Below are positions 1 through 15,710 of a stretch of 64,000 nucleotides of DNA, piece after piece. The notes beneath the pieces were generated by a model. It made no database searches, had not been told where the DNA came from, and saw only the letters and a list, made by a program, of their open reading frames with translations. How positions within the stretch are numbered: position 1 is the stretch's first letter; the number at the start of each line of letters is the position of its first letter. This DNA comes from a virus. Its lineage: Duplodnaviria; Caudoviricetes. The stretch spans positions 38,957 to 102,956 of IMG/VR virus record IMGVR_UViG_3300028591_000014; one strand, 5' to 3'. A program made the position numbers and the translations under genes.

Positions 1-3000
1 GAGGATATCTCTTGTTAAATCTGTTGCGGTATATAACTTATCGTCTAAGAATGAATCGTGAAAATACTTTCTAAGAGCATATGTATTCCCTTTTTCTTTA
101 AGAACCGAGTTTATTTCGGTCAACTGTTCTTTAGTGTAAGAATTGTTAGGAGAACTATTCTTATTAGTAATATCACTACTAATATACCAAGTTACTTTAC
201 GAGTTTTGTTTTTAAACTGCTCGTATCTATTTATAAAGTTTATGTGACTTGGAACGTCGTTTCCAAACTTCTTAGTATCTACCTATGATAATTGTACAAG
301 GTTTGACATCTCTTCTGCATAAGTATTTATTTTGTCAAACGCAAGCATTGTTACATACTGGAAATATAAAGACTACAACGAGTCTTTATATTTTAATGAT
401 TTCATACCCTCTTCTACATCCATAACATACTCCCAGGGAGTTTTAAACTTATCTGGATTCGGAGATACAGCCTCACTTGGTTTTGTCAGTATGGAATTTA
501 TTGCATTATTCCAATTGTTAAGATCCTCTTCGTTTTCAAAAATAGTAAGCTGTAAAGCAGCTTTCATTTTTTCAACAAGATTATTTTTTATTTTGCGCTT
601 TGCATTACTCTTAACATATACATTCTACGAGTCATCTATATCTCCCTTGATATTACTTCCGTAAATACCCCCTGCTGTAGTTACAATCTGTGCGTATTCC
701 TTCAAACACGGTTGAGCAATGAATGTGAATGTAGACATTCCCATACCAGCTCTAAGTAAGAAGTTTACATGGTTGTACGTAGCTTTATTTACGTTTATGG
801 CAAATATATATGGGTCTTTAGCAACGTCCACATGTGCATTCACCATAGCAGATAACCATGCAGATATACGCTCTCCATCTTTTCCTAGAACGCTATCCAA
901 ATCAAGGAATCCGAATTGGTTGTTGTTAGAATATCGCATAACTAGGTGCATGGCCTGTGTTAACGCCATATTTGTAACATTTAATGCAAACGGACCGATA
1001 CCTTGTTTTCCGATATAAAACTCCATTTTAGTTCTAGCCTAGAATGACGGTAACAAATCATACATTGCAGGCTGGTATCCCCTTTGTGTTTCTCTCACAT
1101 AAGGAAGAAGTTCTTTCTATATCTTTTTAGTGATAGTATCGATAGATGCGCGGGCATCTGCATACGTTTTCTAATCAGATATTATTTGCATATATCTAAG
1201 CAACAATCTGTTTGATATAGCTGCAGAAATATAGTCGTCATCAAGAATTTGTTTATCGTTCCACATTTCGATAAGCTTGATCGGGTCTACATCTTGATCA
1301 GCTATACCCTAATTAGCCATCGCTACTTCAGAATATTCTAAAGCTTCTTCAGGACGTCTCCTTACTGGAATTCCCTTGAGATATGCATCTATTTGAGAAC
1401 TAGATATTTTTGCAAGCTGTCCATCTATATATGCCATTGTAGACAAGAAGATCTTATCTACGTCAAAGTCCGAACCTGTTTGTGCAGTAAATTCACGCGG
1501 AACAACAACAACATCGCCAACCTGCTCTTGAAGGATGTCAGCAACAGTAAATGCAAATATGGATGACATTCCCTGTGTAGGAATACGATAACCTACACCA
1601 AACGGAGTTGTTTTAGCGGCCGTACCATCTGTTTTTGTTCCTTTTATTATATCGTGATCAATAAGCCATTGACGCCTAACAGTATACCCTTTATTCCATA
1701 CATTTGTTGGGATTACAGATCTAAAGAAGTTTTCTGATAACAAGACTTCCATAGAACCGTCTGGCAAGTTCCAATTAAGCTCCTCTCCGTTATTATATGC
1801 GTGGTATTTATTACCGCTTACGGTATTTCCTTCATCATCTACATCAAACTGAGAGTCAATATTCTCTTTGTCATACCCAGTAAAACCGAACAAACTCTAC
1901 TGAATAGCACTGCCACCTCTCGTATTTATATTAATCACTTCTTTATTAACAAGCGCTGACACACCGTGTTCAAACAATTTTCTAGAAGCAAGTGACGCAA
2001 CACTGCCGTATGTATGAAGAATTTCTTCAGCCTACAAACCAACATCATTGTTTTGGGCAATCCTAATCATCAGATTGCGAACTTTCTGTTTGTCAACTGT
2101 TCCATCTACGTCATTATATAATTCAGACATTACTCCGTTTGCACCAAGCTTAGTCAAAGCTTTTATACAACGCATGATGTCTGATTTTATATCAGCTCCG
2201 TTCATGGTTTTTACCCAAGGTTTGTTTTCTCCATACGACAATTTATCAAATACATTTGAGAAAGCAAGTTTGAACATCTACGTACCAATCGAACGCTCGA
2301 AATCCAAGTGTGCTTCAGTATTTAACTGCATTCTAAGACTCGTAAGCTCCTGCTGTATTACTCCAAGCTCTTCTGATGACGATTCTATTCCATCCTGCAG
2401 TTTCGATAAATCTACAGCATTTTTCTCGTACGGAGAGTACTTCTTTTTATTTGATCCCACTTTTACTGCGGATGAAAACAACACCATATCTATTTCCTCT
2501 CCACTCCTATTCATTCTTTCATACAACTGAGAACCAGAAGTAGCAGATGCTTGGAATTTAAACAGCGGGAATATTGCCATTTTGTTATAAATAGGCCTGT
2601 TTATGACATTGTCAGAGGATATTGAATATGGACTATTCTAAAAGTACGACATCTTCAATGGGAATAACTGCAGTCCGTGTACTTTTTTTGACAACTCGGG
2701 ATCGTTCATCCAGTCTGGAGAAGTCTCCAATATCCAATAAGCCGTTTCATCGTCATCTGTCCATTGTCCGAGAGAAATTCGTATTTTTCTATAAAGAGAC
2801 GGTCTTATTACAACCTGTGCGTCAGATACTGTAATACCATCATCTTTTTCAAGATCTTCTATGTTATATGGATTAATTTGGCTAGCAACGCGATTATTGA
2901 TTGCTTTTACAGCCGCAGGATCTATTTTTTTAAACTTATCCCACTCTTTACCAAAAAATTTATCTCGATAAAGATTGTTTATATAATCCATAGACACATC

Positions 3001-6000
3001 TGGCTTATGCGTCATTATATGGTCAATAAACGCTTGTCGCAAAAACATATGACGTATAAACGGAACGTGTTGTGAAGACGTATTAATATCGTTTACAGTA
3101 AGAGTTGTGTATTTAGTATTTCTAAGATCAGCGTCTTTATACTTCTCTGCAGCCTCTTTTGAATAATCGGTTCTAAGGTTCTGACCTGGGGATAATACTC
3201 CACCAAGACGCTTGATTTTGTCTGCGTGAGCGTCTCTTATATCATGAACTGCAATAGTATACGGCTTATCTTCAATATTAAACTGAACAAGTGTATTTTC
3301 TTTTTGGTTTTTCCATTTATAAAAAGCAGGATCTCCAGAAAATATCTTCTCGAACTCTATGATGGACGTCATCGTATTTATTGTATTATTTGCCATAGCA
3401 GATAATACAAAATTTTCAGCAGAATATCGATCTTGATATACATCAACCATAGTCGACATGACTCCTCCTTTTTGGAACATATCTTTGTACGAGTTGAGAA
3501 CGTCTGCAGGAATTGCTATAGATTCATAAAAGGTTTGCCCATTTACCTCGTATTTATCCAATATTTTCAACGCACCGTCTTTAGACATCTCTTCCATATC
3601 AGCGAATGTCATGCGTATCAAATTTTCGTTGATCGATTCGTATAACAGTTCTGGGTTTTCAATAGAGTATTCTATAGTCTTTAAATACTCTCGAACCGCT
3701 TCAAATCCATCACGATTGTCGCCGTACTTAGAAGCTTCGCCTGTAGCTTCTTCTATCTTCTGTTTTTCATATAGATATTCCAGATACTAATTTAGATTTA
3801 ATTTGTTTTTACCAACAGCTGTTTGTAAAACATCATACATGTATCTAAATTTTCCACCATTTCCAGAAAAATCCATACGCTTCTGTCCAGAATCCGTAGT
3901 ATAAATATTTCCGTGATAATTATCTATTGCGTTAGCTTCTCCGTTCACAATGGCCGCAATATTATCTTTATTGTAATACTACAGCAAAGAATTATATTCA
4001 TCGATGAAATAGTTAAAGAATCTCTTCAGAGTAGCATCAGAAAATCTTAGGCCTCTGTGTTTTACTTGACCCTCGCTGTCTAATACGTCACCATACGTAA
4101 TAAGATCATGACTTAACTTAAGACGCTTCATTCTAAGCGTATAGTATGTTTTCTTATCTGCCATAGTAGGAAGAACCAACATATCACGCATAGTCATATT
4201 CATCTTTATTATGAAGTCTTCTAACGGAGTTATGCCAAAATAATCCTTTCCTACACGCTTCTTGCTATCTTTAAGTCCGACAAGAGAAACAAGTTCAATA
4301 TTATCATCGTTGGTATATTCTCCGGTTTCGTGCAGTTCGCTAAGCAGGTTTAGCACTATACTGTTGGCAGCATAAGGAGACTCCATCATTCTATCGACGA
4401 GATTATCTTCGTTTATAGATAATCTAAGAGCAAGATCTGATACAGTATTGTTCTGACAAATAGGATATATTCTAGAACCATCAGGGGCCGTCATACTAAA
4501 TTCAGACGACGCTGGGTGTGTTTGATGATGCGCTACAGCCAAATCAGAAATCTGAGGAAGAGCCGCATTATTTTTTTCATACCCAGTATATATACTACTA
4601 AGGGGTTTTGTTTTACCACTATTTCCAATAGGCAATTCGGATTTACCAACATTTTGGTTTATATAGTTCACAAAACCACCAATAGAGCCCTCTCCTGCAA
4701 CTAAAACTGCATTCTTAAGGTTCTTGTATTTACTTTCATAATCTTGAGCATACTCAGACATATTTGATATATATTGCTCTATCACATCCATGTCTGCAGG
4801 TATTGCCATTTTGTTAAGCAGTCTTACCCACTCTCTAGAAAGTTTTATATATGCCTATTTGTATTCATTTGTAGATGGAGTTTGGTTGGCCAACAATTTA
4901 ATAGAATCATAATCGTTTTTTATAGACAGAGCAAAATTAGAATCTATTACACCATTTTTAACAAACCCAGAAGTAACTAACACCTAACCCCATGTCCTAG
5001 GAAGATTTCGTCTAGCTCTAATAGTTGTATCGTGTTGTAATATCCAATTTCGTACACGGTCAGCGACTATATCATTCTATTCGATACCAAGATCTTCAAG
5101 TTGGTCATTTATCATATCTTCCATTTCGTCGTCCATCCATGACTACACAACAGGATCTCTTAATTCAAAAAACGCTATCTTAGATTTTTGACTAGCAATT
5201 GTTCCGAATATCTACGTTTGCAATTCTACGTCATCTTCTTCGATAGACTGGAGTTTAGTTAAAAGTGAATAAAAGAATGGATCTGTTTCAGCTTCTTTTT
5301 GTACTCTGCCGAGAATAGAATCTTTATCATAACCACTCTCACCTGTTTTGTCGTATGAGCGAACGTCATGAAGTTTATCTACGATTTTATACCAGGCTTC
5401 ATCGAATGATACATATTTAGGACAGTTTAATATATCAAATCCATCCTACACAATAGTACGTTCACCGTTGTCGTCGTATTCGAATCTTGTCTTAACTAAC
5501 TAACTTAGGAATAGTTTCGCTTTGTATCCAACATTATCTTTTTTAGAAACCTTTAGATCTTCTATTTCATATGCGGCTATTTCGTCAATTCGTTCTTTTT
5601 GATCCGGATTATTCGCAATCTCTTCTTTAGTAAGTCTATATTTTTTATTCTTTCTAAATCCAAGTTCAATACCGTATCTTCCGAATACATCTTTTATTAT
5701 AGCATTGAATATACCGACATTATCAATAATATCCTACAAAACCAACGCCTGTTTCCCAGTAGCCTCGTCACGCATTTCTTTCAAGTTGTATAATAAAGCT
5801 TTATACTTTTCAGACGTAAGTTTCTTATTTATATTACCAGTTCGTAAGAATCCAAACTGATCCAACATCATATGTGCAAGAGCTTCTCCAACTTCATAAA
5901 ACTCTTGATACGAACTAATACCTTGTAACTTATCCAACTTATCTTGACGAACTCCATCAACATACCACTCGGCCTTGTTAATTCCTTTTGGGAATCTTTT

Positions 6001-9000
6001 TACAAATTCATAATAAGACTTCGTATCTATCTTCATTTTAGCATATTCTCCATTCATTATGGAGTCAAAGACCATTCTTAATAAGTCTTTTTTATTTCCA
6101 ATTCCAATAAATTGCAATATACTATTAAAGAATCTCTTTATCTTATTATGCAATCCCAAGCCTGCACGCATTTCTGCGTATTTTCGGAAATCCTCAGCCA
6201 TTTCTTCTTCTATTTCCTTAAATGAAGTAGTTGGCTTGTTTAATTTCGGATGTTTCTCTAAATACAGCTTGTACAAAGCCTCGCGTTCTTCTTCGGTATG
6301 AATTAAAAGGTTTATGAAGTGCCATGCCTCGTGAAAGTGTATACCTCTACCAGATCCTCTAGCAGACGACAATGTAAAGTTACCAGTAACTTTTCCAAGG
6401 GCGTCTATACTAGCATTCATTGCGCCATAAACAATCTCATCATTACATCCTCTAAGAATTCCATTTGTTACATATACGTTATTTGGATCTATGCCGAGAG
6501 TCTGATGAAGCCATTCTCTTGCTCGCTTAACATCAAGCTTACCTTTATTTTTAAAAGTTGAGAATACTCCAGTAATAGGTAAAAACTGACTAGGATTTGT
6601 AATAAATTCAGTTTTTATTGGTGTTACACTCCAATTTATATTACCATTATCGTCCCATACTCTCAATTGTATAACGGCTTCGCCGTCTATAACCTGACGC
6701 AATAAATCCAACGGGCTTTTTTCAACATAATTACGAAGCTTTGCATCCAATTCGGAATCGCTAGGTCGAATATTCACTCTAGACAATGCGTCTTTTACTC
6801 TAGCTCTAATGTTTTTTTCTGCAAGTTGTTTTTTATTTCCGGTAAAATCTTTAAACTCAGACGTATCTATTAGAAATATCTCTTTAAATGGCTTATCTTC
6901 TCGATTAAGTTTTTTGTTCAGATTATCAAGAGTTTCTTTCTTTTTGTCGACGCTGGCAAATATATTTCTAGCCTCTTCTATAATCTAGTTTATAGAATTT
7001 TTACGAGACGCTGCCGCAGTATTACCTGCTTTAAGTGATGCAGCCCTTTTTGACATCGCGTTCAACCTCTCGTTTATCTGAGATTTTAACGTGTCGTCTG
7101 CCGCAACAGCTTCTGCAAGATCAACAACACCATCTTTAACAGGTTTGTTTGTAACAATCTCCGCTGAATGTTCAACCTGTGCCATAGGTTTCTTCGCTTT
7201 GTTGTCCGCTTTAACTCCACTTGCAAATACATATGGAGCAACAAACATCTGCTTTGATAAATCAGTCTACAGCTTTCCGGTTTTCATCATCCATGCAGCT
7301 ACAGATACTGCTTTTCCTACAAGACGTTTACCTTTAGTCTTAAAGAAGTCGTCTTTAGAAAATGTAAGTTCATCGAGCCCTGCAATTTTTACTTCTGTCT
7401 CGTTAGGATGCAACGTAAAGTAATCCTTAAGGGCTTCTATAAACGTTCTAAACCTAAAATCTTCTTTATCATCAAGGAAAGTCATGCGCATGTATTTCTT
7501 GTCTGTATTCCAGTGGAAGTTTCTAGACAACAGATACACAACATGTCTTAATGCTACAGGATCGTTTCTAAGCTCTGTTTCCTTTCTATTGAAAAAGCCT
7601 CCTTGAACGCTGACATCTCCGATTCCAAAATCAATTCCATCAAAGTCTAATTGCTTTAAAATATAGTACGGTATGTTGCGAGCTTTGTTTTTATCAGACA
7701 ATAACGTATCTTGTCCGTTATTTACGATAAGATTTGCTATTGTTCTTTGTAACTAGTGAGTACCAAACGGCATATGTTTAGCGTTCAATCTACCAGTCAT
7801 AAGATAATATATAACCTCCGCGATACACGGAGTCATGCCCTCTCTAATCGTTCCAGTAGTAGGATCTATCGCAAGCTATACATCCTCTTCCTTTTCAATA
7901 GTTCTAATACTGCCGTCTGGAGCTTTATAGCGTTTAAAATTTAATTCGGACAACATTATAGGAATCCTACCACCAGACGGAGCTTCTACGTTTAGATATA
8001 ATTTACCAGCATAACCTTTTCCGGACAGTCGTTCGTTTTTATTTTGTTCCGTTTCAAATATAGGGGCTATTTTATATTTCTCATCTTCACTTGATGCAAA
8101 TTGTCCACGACCAACACCAAGTATTACCGGATTTTTAGACTTGCCATTAAGCTGTTTTGTAAGCTCTTCAACATCATCACTCAATCCGAAGCCGGCGTCC
8201 TGACCAATAACAGGTCTAAAGATTGGATTTCCGTTTTTGTTGCGAGCGTTTTCAATAGTTCCGTTACTTATTCTCGGATTTATTGGCATTACAGACTTAT
8301 TGACAACGCGGCTAGATGAATCAGGTATTATATAGGTTCCATCATTACCTTCTATACAATAAGCTTCTATTATTTGTTGCCTAAATGCATTTAAATCGTT
8401 TACCTGTCTGCGAATATCATCGTTTGTTATTATTGGCTTTGACGTATTATTTCTATAGTCAAAGCGTACTCGTTCTTCCATCTAATCAAACATGGACTAA
8501 CCAAACTTTGATATATACAACTCGCGCAAATAATTTATATCTTTGACTTTGGATTTATCAAACGGTATAGCAGCCGCTATTAATGCGTTTTCTAATGCAC
8601 CTCGAACCCTATTGCTATATTGCTGTTTACCTATAGCATTTATGTTCCAGAAACGCAATTCGCCACCCGCAGTCTTTCCCATATCCGAATTAGAATACGA
8701 TTCAGTATTTCGGAGTGTGGTAATATATATATCGTTGCCATCTTCAAGAATCAAACTTATTGTATACGCGTTTACATTAAATCCGCAATAAGCAGGTGCT
8801 GATTGATCAGTTTGATTTCCAGTAACAATATAATATTTTTTTACTTTGGCGAACCACCCACGCTGTGACAATTTGTCAGCAAGTTGTGCAGCCGTTTTTA
8901 TTGTTTTATTTCTGCCAAAGTTTACAGATTTTCCATTAACTTTTAATTCTAATGGTGTATTTTGTTCTTTCGTACCGTACGCATAAAAGAAGGTACTTTT

Positions 9001-12000
9001 TATATAGTCGCGTTTTACATTTCCGTGATTTGTACGCTGTTCTTTTTCCTCTGAAGTAGTAGTTCCGTAATCAAAATCAGTAACTTGAAGTGTACCTATT
9101 TGCTCATCTTCAAGTTGCATCATATCCTAACTATCCATCAGTGCCTACTATTCATCAAAGTCATCGTATAAATCTTCTACCGGATCCGGTTGATATTCTT
9201 CGTCATCTTGGTTATCTGGAGGTGTTTGCGGCATTTGTTCTCCGCCACCAGTATCTTCCCCATCTTGCGGTTCTGGCTTTTGTTCTCCAGTATCTCCATC
9301 TGTGTTATCATCTAATTCTTCTGGATCTATAGGATCTGGAGTGGTCTTAGGAGGCATAGTATTGCCGCTTGGTATTTGCTACCCCTGTGCAGGCTGCTGA
9401 ACCTCTTTTTGTTCGGTAGGAACATCTTTTCCATCAGGAGCTCCTAAAGTTACACCCAAACTAGATAACGGAACCGGCTGATTTTCTGGTTTAACTGGGG
9501 CAGGCGTTTCGTCTGATTTCGGCTTCTCCGATGTATCTTGCTTATTAGCATCGTCCTGACTCTTTTTATCGTCGTCATTCTGGATATCAGAACGTTTCTC
9601 GTCTTCTGTTTTAGCTCCTGACGGCGAAATTGTTATCACAGGCTTTCCATTTACCTCTAGTCCACCAAGTCCTGTAGCAGACTAACCTAATCCTGCGTTT
9701 TCATCCCACTCGTCATCGTCTGGCTCTACAGTAACACCAAGATCCTGGATTCGCTATGCTTGTATTTGTTCGTCTACCTTCTACTAAGCCTGTTTATCGC
9801 CATTTTGCGCCCTATTGATATCATCTTCGGTCAAAGGCCTATCGTGATTCCATTCGCGGTGAGCTACCTTTTTTCTATCTTCTACGTCTTCGAATTCCAA
9901 CATAGCGTATCTTTGGGCAGCTTCTTTTTGTATTTCATGAATAGCATCCATGTCTTCGAGTGTTTTTTCTTGACCTAAGGATTTTATTCTACGCGATTCT
10001 TTTCTTTGTTTCTTTACAAGATCATCAAATGGATTTTTGTTTTTACTAAGAGTATTCTCAGCATTATATATACCCTCTATTACGCTTTCTGGAATCTGTT
10101 CTGAATTAGTAAACTCACTGAGTTGACTGTTATATTTACGAACATATGTAGTACGCTCTTCTTTAGACAGATCTTTCCAGTCCTTACGTCGACCCTCATA
10201 ATGTATAGATTCTGGATCGACTCTACCGATAGTATAAACTTGATACGCAGGAAGCAAAGCATTCTGTATTGCATCGTTTAAAATCGTCTTGATAAACGCG
10301 TTACGTATATCTTGTTGATTTTTAAATTTAAACGATTGCATTTTTTTTACGTCTTTATCGTCTTTATATTTATCTAGACGTGCGCGTTCTTTTTTATACT
10401 CATCGTCAACAGAATCGATCATTCCAGAAAGCCTATCCAATCTGGCATCGTTTCCAGTAACTTCATCATTCAGCTTCTAAAGATCTTCTTTTCTTCCGTT
10501 TAACAATGTGCGTACATAATCCAGAGCGTTTATATATTCTGTGCTCAAAACAGCTTTTACATGATCTTCTATAAAATCAAGTTCCTAATCGCGTGTTGAA
10601 ATTCTTTGTTTGAGTTTTGAATCTTCCTAAGAAAGTTGTTTTTCAAACTCTTCGTCCACTCTTTTATCTATGGCAGAATTGACAGATTTTTCGTCTAATT
10701 CGTCCATATTTACACCTTCTGCTTCGAACTGTTGGCGCAATTCTTTTTCAATACGGATTCTGTTTATTTTTTTCCAGATTGATTCTTCTTTCTGTTGTTC
10801 AGATTTAGCCTTTTCTAATTCCGATAATATATAATCTTTTAGATTTTGTATATTCTATTTTCCAAATGTCTAATCTGCAAGTTTTGAATCTACATCTAAC
10901 TCTGACAACATATCAACCATTGCGTTGAGCTCACGTTTGGCGTCATTAGAATCGTTTTCTGCATTTTCATAATCCATTAGGTGATGCACTGCTGTCTATA
11001 TAAGCTGTTTATGTTTATCGCTGTTACGCTCTATATGAAGCGCATCCATCATCGCATCTAAATATGGATTATTATATTCGCTTGCCGTTTTGTGCATCAA
11101 ATCAATGTCACGGTCAACCCATTCTGGTTTAACATTTTCATCAAGAACAGATTTTAATTGATTTAAAGAATTTTCCATTCTAGAAGGAGTTATACCGTAT
11201 TTACTAAGGGCGTCAAAGTACATCGATATATGCTGGTCATCTTCAAATTTACCGTAATTGCGACCTACTATTTCATTTATAACACGATCGTTTTTAGCTT
11301 GTGCGATGAAGTCTCTTAAATTTCCACGACCCTCGGAAGGAAGTAGATTAGTCAGTGCACTAGTACCATGAAACATTGCTCCAGTAACAGCACCGATACG
11401 CATTGCTCGCTTAAGTTCTTCATCTCCGTTGTTTGGATCGCCAGGAAGTATACCAAGATAAGCAAAAGCAGCCTGCGCACTTATACCAAGGTCATCAAAC
11501 AATGATGGAATGTCGAACATACTTTCTTGCTGAGTGTAGTCATCATATTCTCCCCTAGAATATCTCTGTTGAGTTAAATACTGCACACCCTCTTCTTCAC
11601 CTTCCATAAAAGATACATATCCGGCTTTGGCAGCATTATTTTTCAAATATTTTGCACTCCTTGCAAAAGCCATTCTTTTTCCAAGATCCGAAGATATTTT
11701 TGTTGCTATTCTATCTATGTGATTATCAAGAATAGCTCTTCCGTTTCTTTCTGCAACAGTTCCTGCGGTTGTATTTCTTAGCCTATTCTGAAATTCCTTT
11801 TTCGCATTTTTAACAGCCCTTTCGTAAGACGGTCTTCCTATAGATAAACTAATATCTTTTAAGAAAGATCTGGTATAATTCATGTAAGGTATGGTCTCTA
11901 GATAATCTTTCGCAGCAAGAGCATTGTTGTGATTTATAAGTTGAGCAAGACCTTTTCTTGATTCTTTTACCTACTCATCAAATGTGTCGTCTCCTGTTTT

Positions 12001-13518
12001 TATGCCGTATGCCAGAGCCATCTAAACCTTTTCTATATCAGAAAACTTGCTAGGATCATACCCGCCAGCAGTCATTCTGCTAGAAATTTCAGATAGAACT
12101 TTTTCCATATCTGCCCCAGCGTCCATAGATTTTGACAAAACTCGTTGAGACTGTCCATCCATTGCCTCTGAAGATGTTTCATGGTCTCTCATAGCGGCAG
12201 TCCACCCTATCTAAGATGCTACAGTGCCTAAACCTAAAGCAAATCTTACATAAGGATTTGCGCCATATCCAGCTCTAACAAGACCTTTGGCAATCCACTT
12301 TGAAGCTTGATCTGTAGCCATAAGTCCCATAAACGATTGCCAATCACTCCAAGATGTACCCATTTCTGGGAAATTATATGCCCATCTAGTTGGATCTATA
12401 AACATTCCAATTAATCCGGAATTGGCGTTTTCTTCCTGAAGCTTCCTATACTCAGGACTTATTTTGTTAGGGTCAAAAAGCCAGTTTCCTTCCTTATACT
12501 GTCTCGCAACATCCTTTACACGGGCTTCCTTTTCCTTCTGTAATCTGCCGTAGTATTCGCGGTGTTTATCTATCTTAGACTTTAACGCATACGGGTTCTA
12601 TGAATAATCGTTTATGAGATCATCAAAAGAGTCATCGTCTGGAAGACTTTGTTTTATTGCCCTTCTTGTAAATGATCCTGATTTTTCAATCTGATCTGGC
12701 AATAGTTTACCAATAGCATTTGCACCAGATTGTAACACATTTCCAACCAAAGAAGCAAACTGTTCTAAACCTGTCAACGGAAAATTATACCACTGCCCAT
12801 TTATATTCGGATCTACCCAAAGATTTTGTCTAACGGCTCCCAACATCGCCTTCTCACTATTCCAAAGCTTATCGGTGTCGTAAAACATATCGACAAGTAT
12901 CTCAGACTTCTTTCCGTCTGTTTTTACTCTATGCAAGAAGTCGTCAATTTTGTATTGAAGGTCTTGCATCTTTTCAAGCATGGGAACTAGTTGTTCTTGC
13001 GGAGTTCCTAAGCTGAGTTCTTGATTATACCTATTTTGTAACTCTTTATACTGTTTTATGTTTGTTACATAATCATCGGCATCATCTAGATCCTGTAATA
13101 AGTTTGTAACTTCTTCTAACTTTGTTTGTGCAGATGACAAATCGGCTTGCAGTCTTTTTTCATGAAACATTCTCCACGCATCTGCAGGATTTGCATTCTT
13201 TAGTCTTTCTGAAAAACTGCCATCACCAAACAATGAATTCGATATGTTTGAAAAAGCATTACTTATCCATGATTTGTCGTCAGAACTACCTGTAGTGATA
13301 ATATTTCCCTCATCGTCTGCACGAGGAATTGCCCATTCTGGATTAACCGTACCGAATTCTGTATAATTATCTTCAACCGCATTAACAAGACCCTGTTGAT
13401 ACGGGGCAGAAATGGATTCTGCACTGCGTAGTGTACTACTACGCAATGCATCCAGCATCATTGCCCCGTCATTGTATCTGGGGTTGTAAATAAACTAGGT
13501 TTTATTCTTTTTATTCAT
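1..13518 (-). CDS. Giant virion RNA polymerase polyprotein (crAss-type) with zincin-like peptidase domain; 3' end beyond window; >=4,506 codons with TAG read-through
   Basis: All 18 main minus-strand ORF fragments from 373 to 13461 share one frame and are separated only by TAG; no in-frame TAA/TGA found in the gaps. ATG at 13518 (MNKKNKT*FIYNPRY). Catalytic-type motif TGSDFDVDK (DFDVD 1456-1470), RIPTQGMSS, and HEAWH (6319-6333) followed by EEEMAEDF. Confidence 0.9.
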
Positions 13519-13522
13519 GTTA

Positions 13523-15700
13523 TTATGGTATTAATGTCGACTACATTCCTGCGGCGTATGAATTTCTTTCTGCTGACGTCGCGTTTGCCTATCCATGTCT
13601 GGCTTTTCTGAATTCTACATTCCTATCTCCCTGAATAACACCACTATCGTATGTCTTGGTTATTGGAACAGAATAATACGTTGTCCATTTATAATCAACG
13701 TCGTCCTTTGATTCTGGAACAGTCGTTTGTTTTTCATATCTAATTATACCAAGAGCGTCTAATATTTTCTCTTGAGCCTACTTAGATTTGATATTCAACC
13801 CATTTTCTCCGAACATTCTATCTATATACTTCTTATCTACCAGTGCTTCACCAAATAAGTCATTACTCATTCTAGTACCGCTTGCGTTAGGAATAAATGC
13901 GTCGTTTACAGATTCGTCATCAACATAAGCTTCCACCTTGTTTGTTCTAAGCCATTGTTGTGCTCGTTTAACGTCAGAATCTTTATCATATACATTTGCA
14001 CCAGTAATATCTCCTCTTCTTATAGTAGAAATTGCATAATGATTTAAATTAACTTTACGCATTTCGTTCGGTAACCCTGGTACTTTTACCTTATTATTTC
14101 CTGCAAAGTCAGCAACAAGTCTTTCGTGAGCTTCTGTACCCGGAGATGGGGTATCTCCTGCATATAGCATATATGTTTCATCAGCACGCTTTCTTCTCTG
14201 ATCTTCTGGCAACAAAGATGCAGCTTTGTTGAGTTTATTCAGTTCTCTCATGAAGTATACAGTAGGAGATCCATCAGAATTTAAATATCCTGCACGAACA
14301 AGTTTGTCGTAATCCACAGACCCATCGGAATTAAAGTATTTTCTATAGATTCCAATTTTCTGCTTAGCTTCTCTTGCAGCAGTTCTTAATCTGCCCATTT
14401 CTTCTTCAGAGTGTTTTGATACTTTTGTAGTAGGTGTGTATGTATATGTAGCGTACTTATTGAATCCAGGAGTTATACCAATTGGACGTATAGCTGTTGC
14501 AGGCTGCCCTTCTCTAACACCCGTTCTATTTTCTTTCAAGTACTTATTATATAGATCTACGTGTGCCTGCTCTGCCTATATCATTTGACGTATGTAATCG
14601 CCAGCGTTCTCCATTATTCTACGATTCCTATTAAGCGTAGAAGTCATCTGGCGATAATCAGTAAATTCTATAGATTGTCCATTCGGAGACACCATAGTTC
14701 CGGTAGACGGATCGTATGTATATCCACCAGCGTTTGCATTTTTAGTAGCTGCGTAATAACTTAATTCTTGTTTAGAAATATCACCATCCCCATCCAAGTC
14801 TGCGCCGTTTTCACGGAGTTTATAATAAAAATCCAAAGCTTTGCCTTGTCTCTATGTAGTGAGACTATTTTGTAACTGCTGCTTAAGAACTTCAAATTCA
14901 TCAGCACTTCCTCTTACAGGACCAACCAACCATTCTTGCTGTGCATCTGCTATATTTCTCTATAACTAAGCTTCTATCTTATCTTGAGTTGCCTTCTCAC
15001 CTCTAGCCTCTATTTGTCTTTTAGCTAAATCTCTGTAATATGCCGCTACTGGAGTTCCTTGCCAACCTGGAGTATTGTTCTTTGCGATGTTCATTAAATC
15101 GTTATCAAAAAATACAGTATATTTATACCTTGGATCAAGACCTAACCGTTTTTTCTCATCGGGAGTAGCATCCCTTGGAGTTCTGTTGTTATACCAATCT
15201 GCAGTAGCGTCTTTGAGGGTTTGAAATGCAGTTGGAGACCCATACCCCATAGAATCGGCAGCCCACTAATCAGGAGTTTCTTTTAAAAATCTAGAAAAGT
15301 CTTCGTTATACAACCCCTTCTATCTTAACTATCCCATCGCTTTATACCAATCAATAGCATTGTTTGCTCTAGTCTTAAGTCTTGCTACATCTGCATTGTT
15401 TATTCTATTTCTAAGCTATGATAATATCATTGCCCCTTCTTGACTTCTAAGCGGATCTATACCCTACTTATACATATCGTTAATTACATTTGTAGTAGGG
15501 CCGACTATATTATTAGCCCAATACTCTTGATCTGCAGCAATAGGAGTCACAAAATCGCCATACTTACTGTAGAAATCCTTAAGATCGTCTCTTCTGTCCT
15601 TATACAAGTCTCTTGCTGCTTGTATAGACGCTAGCATTATCTAACTGTCATACAAATCCTTTACTGGGAGTTGTATCCACTAATCATTTGCGTATATCAT
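13523..15700 (-). CDS. Virion cargo/ejection protein (~725 aa, TAG read-through)
   Basis: Fragments 13778, 14576 and 14966 are co-frame. Starts MIYAND*WIQLPVKDLYDS*IMLAS, ends TAA at 13523. Lies between muzzle and RNAP, the cargo-gene position in crAss-like phages. Confidence 0.7.
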
Positions 15701-15710
15701 ATCTACAACA

